DNA of 19,917 nt from a bacterium. GTDB taxonomy: Bacteria; CALINM01. Location: NCBI GenBank assembly GCA_041640455.1, contig JBEQAF010000037.1:1-19917 (forward strand), written 5' to 3'. Both the position numbers and the translations under genes were made by a program. Below are positions 1-11,388 of this stretch, piece by piece; positions within the stretch are counted from its first letter, which is position 1, and every line of letters starts with the position of its first letter. The notes below the pieces were generated by a model. That model made no database searches and had not been told where the DNA came from. It saw only the letters and a list, made by a program, of their open reading frames with translations.

Positions 1-394
1 CCAAATCAGATGTCCCCGCAGAGAGAATAAGTATGTTTCTTCCTTTTTTCCTGATTTTTTTAACAACCAGTTGCATGGTTCTGCTCACCTCATCATACAT
101 AACCTGAGGGAACCGGTCTTTTATCTTTTCAGCCCTATCAGGAGAAAGTCTCGTAATTAAAAGATTCTCTTTTCTGTTAATAAAATTTTCTATCAGATGA
201 AAAAGGGTATTAAGATCCTTCCCCTCACCATATACCACCTCAGGCACTCCTCTCCTCAGCTTTCTGTGATTATCAAATCTTATATCATTCAGGAGATAAT
301 AGGGTAGATCTTTAAGCCTGTTATACCCCTCTTTCAGAGATACTCTGTTTTCTTTAATATCCTTCAATATTTTTAAAATCTGTTTTTCATTCAT
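1..394 (-). CDS. larB: Nickel pincer cofactor biosynthesis protein LarB (AIR carboxylase/PurE-like family); partial, 3' end runs off the window
   Basis: Not in the ORF track; translated by hand from the ATG at 394, which overlaps the cheD stop (ATGA): MNEKQILKILKDIKENRVSLKEGYNRLKDLPYYLLNDIRFDNHRKLRRGVPEVVYGEGK...RNILILSAGTSDL. The D-x-H-R-x-x-R-x-G-x-PEVVYGEGK and AGTSD motifs are typical of LarB. Confidence 0.88.
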   Translation of the reverse strand, partial: MNEKQILKILKDIKENRVSLKEGYNRLKDLPYYLLNDIRFDNHRKLRRGVPEVVYGEGKDLNTLFHLIENFINRKENLLITRLSPDRAEKIKDRFPQVMYDEVSRTMQLVVKKIRKKGRNILILSAGTSDL

Positions 395-864
395 ATAAAA
401 TATTCTCCCTTTTCATAGGTAAATATTTTTATGGTACCATCACGGAGATCAAACTCCACATTTCTTCCTGACCTGCCACCCAAGTCTGCATTTAATACCT
501 TTATATTATACATGGATAGATAATTTAATACAGCCTGGCTATTTCTCATGCCAATGTTAATACTGCTCTCCTCATTTGAAAACATATTGGCACCGCCTGC
601 CAGTTTAGCCCATACCTGAGTCCTGCTTATACCTCTTCTGTTTAGCTCCTCAAGTATGCTCCTGACAGCAAGGTTTCCAAAAAAGTATGGTCTATTCAGG
701 TCATCTCCCTCCGGTAAGAGGATGTGGGCAAGCATCCCGAGCTTTCTGATACTGCTGTATAGACATAGAGCAATACAAGAGCCTATACCTTTACAGCATA
801 ATACATGGGGTGACCGGGAAACGCTGCAGGCACCTATGGGAACATAGATAAATTCTCTATTCAT
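391..864 (-). CDS. cheD: Chemoreceptor glutamine deamidase CheD
   Basis: Motifs GIGSCIAL (catalytic Cys), AHILLP (catalytic His), AKLAGGANMF, IGMRN and DLGGRSGR; lies next to cheC. Confidence 0.93.
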   Translation of the reverse strand: MNREFIYVPIGACSVSRSPHVLCCKGIGSCIALCLYSSIRKLGMLAHILLPEGDDLNRPYFFGNLAVRSILEELNRRGISRTQVWAKLAGGANMFSNEESSINIGMRNSQAVLNYLSMYNIKVLNADLGGRSGRNVEFDLRDGTIKIFTYEKGEYFI

Positions 865-1438
865 TAGCCTTTTTATAAAGAAATTTCAGAGAACTGCTAT
901 CTGGTATGAGCAGAAAATCAAAAGAAATTTTTTCTTCTTCGTTAAATATCATGGTCTCTATAAACATAATATCCGAACCAGATTGGCTGTAATTGGCAAA
1001 AAGCTCCTCCATTATAGCTCCCAGCATATCCATTGAAAAGGAAGGCACGCTGGGAATAAGTGGATGACCTATAAATCTGGAAAAATTATTGAGAAAATAG
1101 GAACTCATGATATTTGATATCTCTTTCAGGAACGAAATGGTTTTATCGCTAAAAAGATCCCTGTCATAGTTTTTAAGAGTTAGAGAAGCCAGTTTCAGAA
1201 CTGCATGGGTTTCAAAAATTATTACTATACCAGCATTAAAACCGCCTTTTATATCAAAATACACGGCACATACCTTTTTATCCAGCTCTCCCAGCTCATC
1301 CATTACCTTCTGAACAGGCATGATACCGAGCTTTGGAACCTCTATGAAAACTTTCTTGTTAATAATTTTCCCGAGTGCGTTTGCTGCTCCGCCTGCTCCT
1401 ACATTAAAAAACTCCTTAAGATTTTCTAACAAGGTCAT
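857..1438 (-). CDS. cheC: CheC-family CheY-P phosphatase (DifG-like)
   Basis: Two ExxN motifs (LKEFFNVG, LKEISNIM) and PSVP...DMLGAI. I moved the start from the track's 1456 TTG to the ATG at 1438, which has AGGGGTG upstream as SD. Confidence 0.9.
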   Translation of the reverse strand: MTLLENLKEFFNVGAGGAANALGKIINKKVFIEVPKLGIMPVQKVMDELGELDKKVCAVYFDIKGGFNAGIVIIFETHAVLKLASLTLKNYDRDLFSDKTISFLKEISNIMSSYFLNNFSRFIGHPLIPSVPSFSMDMLGAIMEELFANYSQSGSDIMFIETMIFNEEEKISFDFLLIPDSSSLKFLYKKANE

Positions 1439-1456
1439 AGCGTAACACCCCTGCAA

Positions 1457-3298
1457 TTAATAAAAACCCTGAATATCAAGTATTAGTATAGGAGTTCCGT
1501 CGCCAAGTATGGTTGAGGAATAAAAACCAGGAATATAGGAAAGCGGGGGATTAAGAGGTCTCAGATATACCTCCTTGTGCCCTAAAAACTCATCAATCAC
1601 AACGGCGCATTTGGTACCTTTTATTGAAACCACAATAATTGGAAGCTTTGTTCTCAATTGAGAATCCGAATTTTTTATATTAAGTTTTTCACTTAAAAAA
1701 TATACTGGTATATATTCATAGTCAAACAAAACACTGTAGCCAGTTCCATCAAAACTATTCAGATTTTCCCTTTCTATCTCAGCAACCTTTATTATTTTAT
1801 CCACAGATGTTCCAAAGATATAATCAGCTACCTTAAAAAACATTACATTAATAATGGAGATGGAGGTTGGGAGAAATAAAGACAGCTCTGTGCCCTTATC
1901 AACAGAAGAATCAACCTCAAAAGTGCCCCCAAAGCTTTCGACAACTGCCTTGACTACATCAAGCCCCACTCCCCTGCCAGATATTTCTGAAATATTTTCC
2001 TTTGTACTGATACCTGGAAAGGTAACCAGATATAATATATCTTTTTTTGATTTAAGGGAGTTCAGATACTCAGTGGAAAATTTGCCGCTTTTTCTCGCCT
2101 TTTCAAGCACCTCTTCGGCATTTATACCTCTTCCATCATCCACAATGGATATTTTTATCCGATCTCTCTCCTTGGTAGCTGAGATAAGAAGCCGCCCCTC
2201 CTCGGGCTTACCTTTTTTAACTCTCTCTTCAGGGAGTTCTATGCCATGATCTATTGAATTTCTTATTATATGCAGAAGCGGATCTATAAGAGACTCTACA
2301 ATGCTCCTATCAAGTTCAATATTTTCACCCTCAATCTTAAGAGAAACCTTTTTGTTAAGCTTTCTTGAAAGATCTCTTATCCACATGGGTATTCTGGAAA
2401 ATATTACTTCCAGCGGCATAAGCCTCAGCCTCATTACCTTTTCCTGAATATCTTTTAGCAGGATCTCCATCTGGTTAATGGCATTCGAGATATCAATATT
2501 ATCGAGCTTTTTTGTAATATCTCTAAGCCTTGACTCAAGGGTAATAAGCTCACCAGAAATATTGAGAAAATAATCCAGAAAACTTACGTCAACTTTAATA
2601 GATCTGGGCAGTTCGGGTTTTTCATCCTCTCCTGAATCCCTGATAACGACTTTTTTCTCTTCAGCTCTTCTCGTCTCTTCTGTCTCAATGCTATAACTTT
2701 TTATCTCTCCCACTCTTTTTAGATATTCATCCAGTTGACTGAGTGGCTTTGAAGGCTGAACAATAAAAACTACCTGATTTTTAATATCTCCTGTTTTAAT
2801 CTCAATTATTGTGGGCTCAGATCTAATTACTTTACCAAAGCTCTCAACATTTTTATAGATAAGAAATGCCCTTGCATTTATGGAGGGAGTGTTCTCTTTA
2901 AATAAAATATTTATCCTATAAATCCCCTGCTCAGCTATATCCTGACCAGGTTCTCCGCCTGCTCGCTTTTCCTTCTCAATGGCAAGTACATATTTCCAGA
3001 GCCTGTCATTGTACTCCAATAGATTTTCCCCAACCTCTTTTGAAAAAATAAGCTCACCTTTTCTTAATTTATCAATAAGATTTTCCATCTGGTGAGCCAG
3101 CTCGGAGATATGATTAAATCCCATGGCGGCAGACATACCTTTTAAGGAATGAGCCTCCCTGAAAAGGTTGTTAATCTTTTCTTCTGTTAGGGGTTCTTCT
3201 ACCTTTTCCAGAATTTTTGAGGCATTTTCAAGATGCTCTTTAGCCTCGGTCAGGTATAAATTGAGATACTTGTCTAAATCAAATTTCACTTTCCGCAA
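1457..3298 (-). CDS. cheA: Chemotaxis histidine kinase CheA (Hpt, P2, dimerisation, HATPase and CheW domains)
   Basis: Hpt FREAHSLKG, N-box HIIRNSIDHG, G1 DDGRG, G2 GRGVGLDVV and C-terminal ILGDGTPILILD. The start could instead be the GTG at 3289. Confidence 0.96.
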   Translation of the reverse strand: MRKVKFDLDKYLNLYLTEAKEHLENASKILEKVEEPLTEEKINNLFREAHSLKGMSAAMGFNHISELAHQMENLIDKLRKGELIFSKEVGENLLEYNDRLWKYVLAIEKEKRAGGEPGQDIAEQGIYRINILFKENTPSINARAFLIYKNVESFGKVIRSEPTIIEIKTGDIKNQVVFIVQPSKPLSQLDEYLKRVGEIKSYSIETEETRRAEEKKVVIRDSGEDEKPELPRSIKVDVSFLDYFLNISGELITLESRLRDITKKLDNIDISNAINQMEILLKDIQEKVMRLRLMPLEVIFSRIPMWIRDLSRKLNKKVSLKIEGENIELDRSIVESLIDPLLHIIRNSIDHGIELPEERVKKGKPEEGRLLISATKERDRIKISIVDDGRGINAEEVLEKARKSGKFSTEYLNSLKSKKDILYLVTFPGISTKENISEISGRGVGLDVVKAVVESFGGTFEVDSSVDKGTELSLFLPTSISIINVMFFKVADYIFGTSVDKIIKVAEIERENLNSFDGTGYSVLFDYEYIPVYFLSEKLNIKNSDSQLRTKLPIIVVSIKGTKCAVVIDEFLGHKEVYLRPLNPPLSYIPGFYSSTILGDGTPILILDIQGFY

Positions 3299-3650
3299 CC
3301 TTTTTCAGAACATCTATAACCAGCTGATCGGTAAATGGCTTAACGATAAAATCCTTTGCGCCAGCCTCTATGGCATCCATTACCAGAATTTCCTGTCCCA
3401 GTGCACTACACATTACCACCTTAGCCTTGGGATTAAAGTTTACGATCTCTTTTGTGGCATCAATACCGCTTTTAAGTGGCATCACAATATCCATCGTAAC
3501 TATATCGGGATTCAATTCTTTAAATTTTTGAACCGCATCGTTGCCGTTTACTGCCTCCCCTACCACTTCAAAACCAGCTCTTTCAAGTATGTCTCTTAAA
3601 AGGGTTCTCATAAACTCAGCATCATCACAGATTAAGACTTTATATTTCAT
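3279..3650 (-). CDS. cheY: Single-domain response regulator CheY (DifD-like)
   Basis: Motifs ICDD, phosphoacceptor TMDIVMP, MCSA and FIVKPF; 123 aa. Confidence 0.95.
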   Translation of the reverse strand: MKYKVLICDDAEFMRTLLRDILERAGFEVVGEAVNGNDAVQKFKELNPDIVTMDIVMPLKSGIDATKEIVNFNPKAKVVMCSALGQEILVMDAIEAGAKDFIVKPFTDQLVIDVLKKVAESEI

Positions 3651-4092
3651 AGATTACTCCCCAGTTCTTTGGATTTTTCACAAAATCTTCCAGAGCTTCA
3701 ATATTAATAACATATATGGGACTGCCTGCATCTCTCTTAGCCATATATTTGATATATTTTGCCTTTTCCGGATCCAGGTCAAGCTTGGAGGCATCTTCAA
3801 GATTCTCCTTATCAACGGTAGCAAAACCCTCAATATTTTTTACCAGATATCCAAGATTCTGACATTTTTTTGATATTAGCAGATAGTTTCTTGCATCTGT
3901 ATCATCAATACCATAAAAGCTTGCGATGTCAAAAGCTGTGATTATTCTCCCCTGAAAATTAAGAAACCCTTTTATAAAATCTGGCATCAACGGCACTGGA
4001 TAGATGATCTTGTCATTCTCGGCTATCTTTTCCAGATAATCAATTGAGAATCCCATCTTATAGTTTTTAATGGTAAAAACAATAAGATTCAT
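3640..4092 (-). CDS. cheW: CheW scaffold protein
   Basis: PVPLMPDFIKGFLNFQGRIITAFD matches the CheW consensus (VPxxPxxxxGxxNxRG); lies between the MCP and cheY. Confidence 0.88.
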   Translation of the reverse strand: MNLIVFTIKNYKMGFSIDYLEKIAENDKIIYPVPLMPDFIKGFLNFQGRIITAFDIASFYGIDDTDARNYLLISKKCQNLGYLVKNIEGFATVDKENLEDASKLDLDPEKAKYIKYMAKRDAGSPIYVINIEALEDFVKNPKNWGVIYEI

Positions 4093-4094
4093 AA

Positions 4095-5351
4095 TTAAAA
4101 TTTAAACTCTGCCACTATATTTTTCAGTTCTTCCGAGAGGGTAGAGAGATCTTTCGCAGATGCAGCCATCTCTTCCATTGCGGCTGTCTGCTCTTCTGTA
4201 GCGGCTGAAACCTCCTCTGTGGCAGAAGCATTGTCCTGGGTAACCTTTGCTATCTCATCAATAGCTTTCACCATCTCATAGGTGCCCTGATCAATCTTTT
4301 CAGAGATAATATTTATTTTTCCTATTTTTGCCGCAATCTCTTTAATCATAACCAGAATGTTCTGGAAAGATTTATTAGTCAGGTCAAGAATCTTTTCACC
4401 CTCCACCAGTTCATCCTTCCCCTCATTAATGCTCATTCCTACCTTTCTATTTTCCTTTGCTATGTTTTCAATCAGCTCCTTTATCTGATCGGCAGACCTT
4501 CTTGTGGTTTCGGCAAGCTTTCTCACCTCTTCTGCTACAACTGCAAAGCTTCTTCCGTATTCGCCTGCCCTTGCGGCTTCAATGGTGGCATTTAGAGCAA
4601 GCAGGTTTGTCTGCTGGGCAATATTGGTAATTACCTCCACTATCCTACCAATCTGTTCCGTCTTTTCACTGAAAGAGATCACAAGATTTGAATTGTCTTC
4701 CATCTTATCGAAAACGTTTTTCAGCCTCTCTATACCGTCTGAAATAAGATTCATGCCTTCTTCGGCTGACTTTACAGCTTTGATGGAAAAATCATAGGCT
4801 TCCCTGGCACCGAGAGTTATCTGATTAAGTGAGTTTGCCATATCTTTTATATGTTTTGATGTTTTATCAACCATTTCTCTCTGATTTTCCGCTCCGATAG
4901 ATACGCTCTCCATGGTGGTAGCCACTTCTGTTGCGGAATTACTAATCTCTTGAGCAGTAACAGACAGAACCTGAGCAAGGTTTGCAACCTTTTCAGATGC
5001 ATTTCTGATATGCTCTAACAATGATCTTATCGAATTGGTCATCTGAGATATGGAAAAATTAAGGTCATCAATCTCATCATCAAATTTTTTACGTTCCGAC
5101 TGGGGCGTCTCTGAAAGATCACCCTGACTGATGTTTTCGGTTAGTTTTGCAAGCTTTCTAAGCTCTGCAGTAAATTTTCTTGAAAAAAGCAACGCCAGCC
5201 CCACGCCAACAACAATGGCGATAAGAAGAGCCCAGGTTCTTGCATTTTCAATATTCACATCAAAGAACTGAAAAATAAGCGGAATAAAGACCACTAAAAA
5301 AACAATAAAAATATTACCCAGCAGATACTTCTGACTTAGATTAACTCTCAT
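4095..5351 (-). CDS. Methyl-accepting chemotaxis protein with two closely spaced TM helices, HAMP and signalling domain (DifA-like)
   Basis: Hairpin tip [41 protein letters not shown] motifs GDLS...DEIDDL; two hydrophobic segments separated by about 10 residues. ATG at 5351 follows a GGAG SD (the track starts at GTG 5357). Confidence 0.95.
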   Translation of the reverse strand: MRVNLSQKYLLGNIFIVFLVVFIPLIFQFFDVNIENARTWALLIAIVVGVGLALLFSRKFTAELRKLAKLTENISQGDLSETPQSERKKFDDEIDDLNFSISQMTNSIRSLLEHIRNASEKVANLAQVLSVTAQEISNSATEVATTMESVSIGAENQREMVDKTSKHIKDMANSLNQITLGAREAYDFSIKAVKSAEEGMNLISDGIERLKNVFDKMEDNSNLVISFSEKTEQIGRIVEVITNIAQQTNLLALNATIEAARAGEYGRSFAVVAEEVRKLAETTRRSADQIKELIENIAKENRKVGMSINEGKDELVEGEKILDLTNKSFQNILVMIKEIAAKIGKINIISEKIDQGTYEMVKAIDEIAKVTQDNASATEEVSAATEEQTAAMEEMAASAKDLSTLSEELKNIVAEFKF

Positions 5352-6195
5352 ATACACTCCTTTTCATGTATATTCTTTCCTTAGGAAAAACAGGTGTAAA
5401 CATACTTCTTAAACTTCCCCACAGGCTCTCTGACTTTCCGAGCACAAGATAACCTCCTTCAATGCAGACCGAATAGATTTTCTTTAAGAGCTGTTCCTGA
5501 GTCTTAATATCCACATATATGAGCATATTTCTACATATTATTATATCCCAGTATCTTTTAAGCTCCTTCTTAAATACATCTTCCTGCATCAGGATGACCA
5601 TTTTTTTTATCTCATCTTTAATCTCATATCTTTTACTATCAATTTTATCAAAATATTTTTTAATTAAAAGCTCTGGCATATAAATTAATCTCTGTTCGTC
5701 ATATACTCCTATCCTGCCAAAGGTTATGGAATCGCTATCAAAATCTATACCAAGAATGTATGGTTTAACGGTTTTTAAATCTTCCTGAAAATACTCTTTA
5801 AGAGTTATAGCTACCGAATAGGGCTCCTCACCACTTGCACAGCCTATACTGAGTATTTTAATAAACTTTTCTCCTCTTTCAATCTTCTTCCTTATTACAT
5901 CGGGGATAACCTTTTCCCTTAAAACTTCAAAGGTATCAGGATTTCTAAAAAAGTAGCTTACATTTACTGTAAGGATTCTCTCAAATGTTTTTAACTCTTC
6001 CCTCGAGCTGTTTATTAGTTGAAAATACTCTTCAATGCTTTTGCAATTAAGCGCTGTTGCTCTAATATAAAGACGCCTCTTAACATAATTTTTCTTGAAT
6101 GAAGAGATGAGGATATTTTTCTCATTAAAAAAGCCAACAAATCGTTCATACCATTCATCTTCTATAAATGCCTCAACAATGCTTTCAACGTTCAA
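5341..6195 (-). CDS. cheR: Protein-glutamate O-methyltransferase CheR
   Basis: Motifs [33 protein letters not shown] and [13 protein letters not shown] start with a GAGGAG SD. Confidence 0.95.
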   Translation of the reverse strand: MNVESIVEAFIEDEWYERFVGFFNEKNILISSFKKNYVKRRLYIRATALNCKSIEEYFQLINSSREELKTFERILTVNVSYFFRNPDTFEVLREKVIPDVIRKKIERGEKFIKILSIGCASGEEPYSVAITLKEYFQEDLKTVKPYILGIDFDSDSITFGRIGVYDEQRLIYMPELLIKKYFDKIDSKRYEIKDEIKKMVILMQEDVFKKELKRYWDIIICRNMLIYVDIKTQEQLLKKIYSVCIEGGYLVLGKSESLWGSLRSMFTPVFPKERIYMKRSVYES

Positions 6196-6592
6196 TAACA
6201 GGCTCCTCTCTTATAATAAAGACAGGTGAACCATGCCAGAGCCCTTCGAGATCATAAAGTTCTCTCGTATCCTCTGTAAAGATATGAATTATAAGGTTTC
6301 CTAAGTCTACAAGAATCCAGTCGCCCTTCTGATATCCCTCTACGGACACAGCCTTTTTAAGCATCCTGGCATTTTTCTCTATCTCATCTGCTATAGTCTG
6401 GGAATGCTTTGATGATGTGGCTGAACATATTATGAGAAAATCAGCAATGGTACTTGCATCTGATATATCTATAGCAATAGTATCAAATCCTTTTTTTTCC
6501 CATATCTGTTTAATAATCTTACTGTATGGTGATATCTTTTTTTTTCTGAGAAACTTACCTGTAGAGATTATTTGATTCAATGTAGCCGGCAA
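6185..6592 (-). CDS. rsfS: Ribosome silencing factor RsfS (Iojap)
   Basis: Motifs EKKG.D, IADFLIICSATS, WILVDLG..IIHIF and RELYDLEGLW; usual position after nadD. The TTG start overlaps nadD by 38 nt and has AGGGAGG upstream; the exact start is uncertain. Confidence 0.92.
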   Translation of the reverse strand: MPATLNQIISTGKFLRKKKISPYSKIIKQIWEKKGFDTIAIDISDASTIADFLIICSATSSKHSQTIADEIEKNARMLKKAVSVEGYQKGDWILVDLGNLIIHIFTEDTRELYDLEGLWHGSPVFIIREEPVIER

Positions 6593-7187
6593 CTTCCCTC
6601 CCTAAACAGCTTGTAATATTTAAACCCTTTCTTATTAGCTCCCTTACTTCACTTCCAGATATGTTTAGGCTTTTAACGGTAATATTTTTTATCTCCCTAT
6701 CTTTATAAAGGTACAGACCATTGGGTTTTTCTTTTACATCAAGAGCCAGATAGTCTCTTAAAATAATCCTTGTTTTATCCTGAACGCCATATCTGTTGAA
6801 GATTACAAAGTTGGTCAGCGAAAAAAGTTTTTTCCAGTTCTTCCAGGTATTTATCTCAAGAAAGGCATCAAAACCCAGTAGAAAGTAGAATTGATGCTTG
6901 TTCCCATAGGCTTTGTTAAGATAGGTAAGAGTATCAATTGTATAATGAAATCTGTGTTTTATCTCAATATCACATGGATAAAAATTTGGTGTGTTTTTTA
7001 AGGCAAGCTTCAACATGTTAAATCTGTGATAATCAGGTATAACATCCTTTTTGTGAGGTGGCTGACTGGCGCAGATAAACCAGATCTCGTCCAGATTCAT
7101 ATAAAACATCACATCATGGGCTACCCTGATATGTCCATTATGAACCGGGTTAAATGTACCTCCAAATAAGCCTATTTTCATGGTCAC
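6555..7187 (-). CDS. nadD: Nicotinate-nucleotide adenylyltransferase
   Basis: Motifs [28 protein letters not shown] and ISGSEVRE. Confidence 0.95.
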   Translation of the reverse strand: MTMKIGLFGGTFNPVHNGHIRVAHDVMFYMNLDEIWFICASQPPHKKDVIPDYHRFNMLKLALKNTPNFYPCDIEIKHRFHYTIDTLTYLNKAYGNKHQFYFLLGFDAFLEINTWKNWKKLFSLTNFVIFNRYGVQDKTRIILRDYLALDVKEKPNGLYLYKDREIKNITVKSLNISGSEVRELIRKGLNITSCLGREVAGYIESNNLYR

Positions 7188-8449
7188 TCTCTTATCTGTC
7201 CATTGCCGTAAATAATAAATTTTGTTGTGGTAAGCTCCTGAAGCCCCATGGGACCAAACGAGTGGAGCTTGGTTGTACTTATACCTATCTCTGCACCCAG
7301 ACCAAGCTGAAAGCCATCAGAAAATCGGGTTGATGCGTTTACAAGCACCGTTGAGGAGTTTACCTCCTTTAAAAATCTCTGAGAGTTTGTATAATCACTT
7401 GTAATTATTGATTCCGTATGGAGTGAGCCGTATCTGTTTATATGATCTATTGCCTCATCAATGTCTGAAACAACTTTTACAGCCAGAATTAAATCTAAAA
7501 ATTCATAACCGTAATCTGTTTCTTTAGCCTTTTTTGCATATTTTAAAATCTTCATAGTCTCGGCACAACCCCTTATCTCCACACCGGCTTTTTTTAGTCT
7601 CTCACCAATTGCGGGTAGGAATTTTTTGGCTATATTTCTGTGAACCAGCATAGTTTCCATAGCGTTACATACACCCGGCCTTTGCACCTTAGCATTGAAA
7701 CAGATATCTGAAGCCATATTAATATCTGCTGACTCGTCAACAAAAATATGACAGACTCCTTTATAGTGCTTTATAACAGGTATCTTGGAGTTTTCCACAA
7801 CAAATCTGATAAGTCCCTCCCCACCTCTCGGTATAATTACATCTATGTAATCTTCAAGTTTAAGCATCTCCAGCATAGCCTCTCTATCCCTAACAGGTAT
7901 TAGCTGAACTGCATTTTCAGGAAGGTCTGCCTTCTTCAGTGCAAGTGAAAGTATTCTTGCTATCTCCATATTGGTATTAAAAGCCTCTTTACCGCCTCTT
8001 AGTATTACAGCATTGCCGGATTTAATACAGAGCGAAGCTGCATCGGAGGTTACATTGGGTCTTGCTTCATAAATAATACCTATAACTCCCAGCGGTATCC
8101 TCATTCTGCCCACCATAAGCCCATTTGGTCTTTTCCACATCCCTGTAATCTCTCCAACCGGATCCTTAAGACTAACAATCTCTGATACCGCAAGCGCCAT
8201 CTCTTCAATTCTTTTCTCGTTTAAAGTAAGTCTGTCTATCATGGCTTTTGAAAGCCCGGTAGCCTCTTTCAGATCCTGCTGATTTGCTTTGATAATATCT
8301 TTGCTATGCTTTCTCAAAAGCTCCGCCATCAAAGATAAGGCAAAATCTTTTTTTCTCGTATCAGCTTTTGCTAATAAAATCGAGGCTTCTCTTGCCTTAC
8401 GTGCTATACTGAGAATATCTGAAACTTTATTTTCTGACTTTTTTCTCAC
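7184..8449 (-). CDS. proA: Gamma-glutamyl phosphate reductase
   Basis: Motifs [35 protein letters not shown] and [15 protein letters not shown] start with an AGGAGG SD. Confidence 0.97.
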   Translation of the reverse strand: MRKKSENKVSDILSIARKAREASILLAKADTRKKDFALSLMAELLRKHSKDIIKANQQDLKEATGLSKAMIDRLTLNEKRIEEMALAVSEIVSLKDPVGEITGMWKRPNGLMVGRMRIPLGVIGIIYEARPNVTSDAASLCIKSGNAVILRGGKEAFNTNMEIARILSLALKKADLPENAVQLIPVRDREAMLEMLKLEDYIDVIIPRGGEGLIRFVVENSKIPVIKHYKGVCHIFVDESADINMASDICFNAKVQRPGVCNAMETMLVHRNIAKKFLPAIGERLKKAGVEIRGCAETMKILKYAKKAKETDYGYEFLDLILAVKVVSDIDEAIDHINRYGSLHTESIITSDYTNSQRFLKEVNSSTVLVNASTRFSDGFQLGLGAEIGISTTKLHSFGPMGLQELTTTKFIIYGNGQIRE

Positions 8450-8458
8450 CCATGCCTC

Positions 8459-9595
8459 CTAAGTAATATTGGTTAAAATTACCATATTATTTCTGTGAAC
8501 TATCTCATCATCATATCTATAACCTAAAATTTTTTCAATATCAGAGCTTTTTTTGCCTTTAAGCTTGTCAACCTCTATAAGACTATAGTTAGCGAGCCCT
8601 CTTGCTATGGCAGCACCATCCTTAGCAACTATCTCAACCACATCACCTACCTTAAAATTGCCTGCAACCTTAACAACACCCGATGGTAGCAGGCTTTTTC
8701 CCTTTTTAACCACTGCATCTCTTGCACCATCATCAACCACTATTTTACCTTTAGGCTTCACATTAAACGCAAGAAAATATTTTTTGTGAGAGATCTTTTC
8801 TTTTTTAGGCAGAAAAAGTGTACCAATATTTTTACCCTTAAGAATATCAACTATAACATTGTTTCTCTTGCCTTTGGCAAGCACTACCGGAATACCCACG
8901 AGAGATGCCTTCTTAGCCGCCTGAAGCTTGGTAAGGATCCCTCCCGTCCCTACCTTACTCCCGGACTTTGCTGTGGCTTTTTTAAGAAAGCTTTCCGCAT
9001 CCTTAACAACCTCTATGACTTTTGCGTCTAAACTAACTGACGGATCCTTATCGCACAGCCCTTCCACATCGCTTAAAATTATTAAAAGATCTGCCTCGAT
9101 AAGTGAAGCCACCTCAGCTGAGAGATTATCGTTGTCCCCAAGCCTGATCTCGCTGGTAGCTATGCTGTCGTTTTCGTTTACCACAGGAATAATCTTTTTC
9201 TGGATCAGCACCTCAAAAGTGTTTTTTCCATTCAGGTATCTTTTCCTGTCGGCAATATCTTCTGATGTGAGAAGAATCTGGGCTACATAAATCCCTTTCT
9301 CAAGAAAAATCTCACTGTACTTATGAATAAGAAAGCCCTGTCCGCAGGCAGCAAGAGCCTGTTTTTCCGTAAGCTTTTTAGGCTTTTCCTTAATTTTCAG
9401 AACCATCATCCCGGCGGCAACCGCACCGGAACTTACAATAACAAACTCCAGCCCTTTTTTTTCTCTAAGAATGCTCAACTGACCAGCAAGCCCTCTAAGA
9501 AAGGCATCGTCTATAACCTCTTTCTCATCGGTTATTATAGAACTACCTATCTTGATAACCACTCTCTTTGATTTCTTAATAAAATCCCTGTCCAT
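8459..9595 (-). CDS. proB: Glutamate 5-kinase with PUA domain
   Basis: Motifs VIKIGSS, VSSGAVAAG, PVVNEND, GDNDNLSA and GTGGILTK; C-terminal PUA domain with SLLPSGV. Confidence 0.97.
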   Translation of the reverse strand: MDRDFIKKSKRVVIKIGSSIITDEKEVIDDAFLRGLAGQLSILREKKGLEFVIVSSGAVAAGMMVLKIKEKPKKLTEKQALAACGQGFLIHKYSEIFLEKGIYVAQILLTSEDIADRKRYLNGKNTFEVLIQKKIIPVVNENDSIATSEIRLGDNDNLSAEVASLIEADLLIILSDVEGLCDKDPSVSLDAKVIEVVKDAESFLKKATAKSGSKVGTGGILTKLQAAKKASLVGIPVVLAKGKRNNVIVDILKGKNIGTLFLPKKEKISHKKYFLAFNVKPKGKIVVDDGARDAVVKKGKSLLPSGVVKVAGNFKVGDVVEIVAKDGAAIARGLANYSLIEVDKLKGKKSSDIEKILGYRYDDEIVHRNNMVILTNIT

Positions 9596-9599
9596 CAGT

Positions 9600-10870
<1,271 letters not shown>

Positions 10871-10886
10871 AAATTTACCTCCTTTT

Positions 10887-11201
10887 CTAAGCCTTAATCT
10901 CTTCTATCAAAACTTCAGTAAATGGCTGTCTATGACCATAGAGCTTGCTGAAATCTTTTCTTCTTTTCTTTTTAAAAACCAGTATCTTTTTTGACTTACC
11001 TTCCCTAATCACCTTACCGCTGACCACAGCATTATCAACTACTGGTTTACCAATAAGAAGGCTTTCATCATCCTTTTTAACAAGGAGCACCTCTGTAAAA
11101 TCCACCTGACTTCCCTTCTCCAGTCCAAGCTTTTCAACCTTTATAATCTCACCTGGGAAAACCTTATACTGCTTTCCCCCTGTTTTTATAATGGCGTACA
11201 T
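10887..11201 (-). CDS. rplU: 50S ribosomal protein L21
   Basis: [14 protein letters not shown]...GHRQPFT; AAGGAGG SD. Confidence 0.99.
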   Translation of the reverse strand: MYAIIKTGGKQYKVFPGEIIKVEKLGLEKGSQVDFTEVLLVKKDDESLLIGKPVVDNAVVSGKVIREGKSKKILVFKKKRRKDFSKLYGHRQPFTEVLIEEIKA

Positions 11202-11227
11202 ATAAATTCCTCCTTAAAAAAGTTAAG

Positions 11228-11262
11228 AATATGATTTTACGAAAATATTCTGTCAAGGTCAA
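11228..11262 (-). promoter_or_regulatory. Predicted sigma70-type promoter(s) of the rplU operon
   Basis: Minus strand reads TTGACC (11262-11257) - 17 nt - TAAAAT (11239-11234). An overlapping alternative is TTGACA (11256-11251) - 17 nt - CATATT (11233-11228). Confidence 0.65.
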
Positions 11263-11333
11263 TAAAATTTTTCCTTGAGAAGTAAATAATTATAAGTCCT
11301 CAAAGATTAATTCAACAGAAATTATCAATAATC

Positions 11334-11362
11334 TTTAAATCTTATATGCTATGGTTTATAAT
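11334..11362 (+). promoter_or_regulatory. Possible promoter of the aconitase gene
   Basis: TATAAT at 11357-11362 with a weak -35 (TTTAAA) 17 nt upstream; strong GGAGGAGG SD before the ATG at 11389. Confidence 0.35.
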
Positions 11363-11388
11363 ATTACCATTTTCTGGAGGAGGTATAA

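Noticed and set aside
1797..2385. Two perfect TTATCCACA 9-mers (1797-1805 and 2377-2385)
   Set aside because: Both are isolated inside cheA and explained by its codons (SVDK, MWIR); there is no clustering or adjacent AT-rich element.
11202..11260. L21 leader or other ribosomal leader RNA upstream of rplU
   Set aside because: The predicted promoter leaves a leader of only about 20-27 nt, with no stable hairpin.
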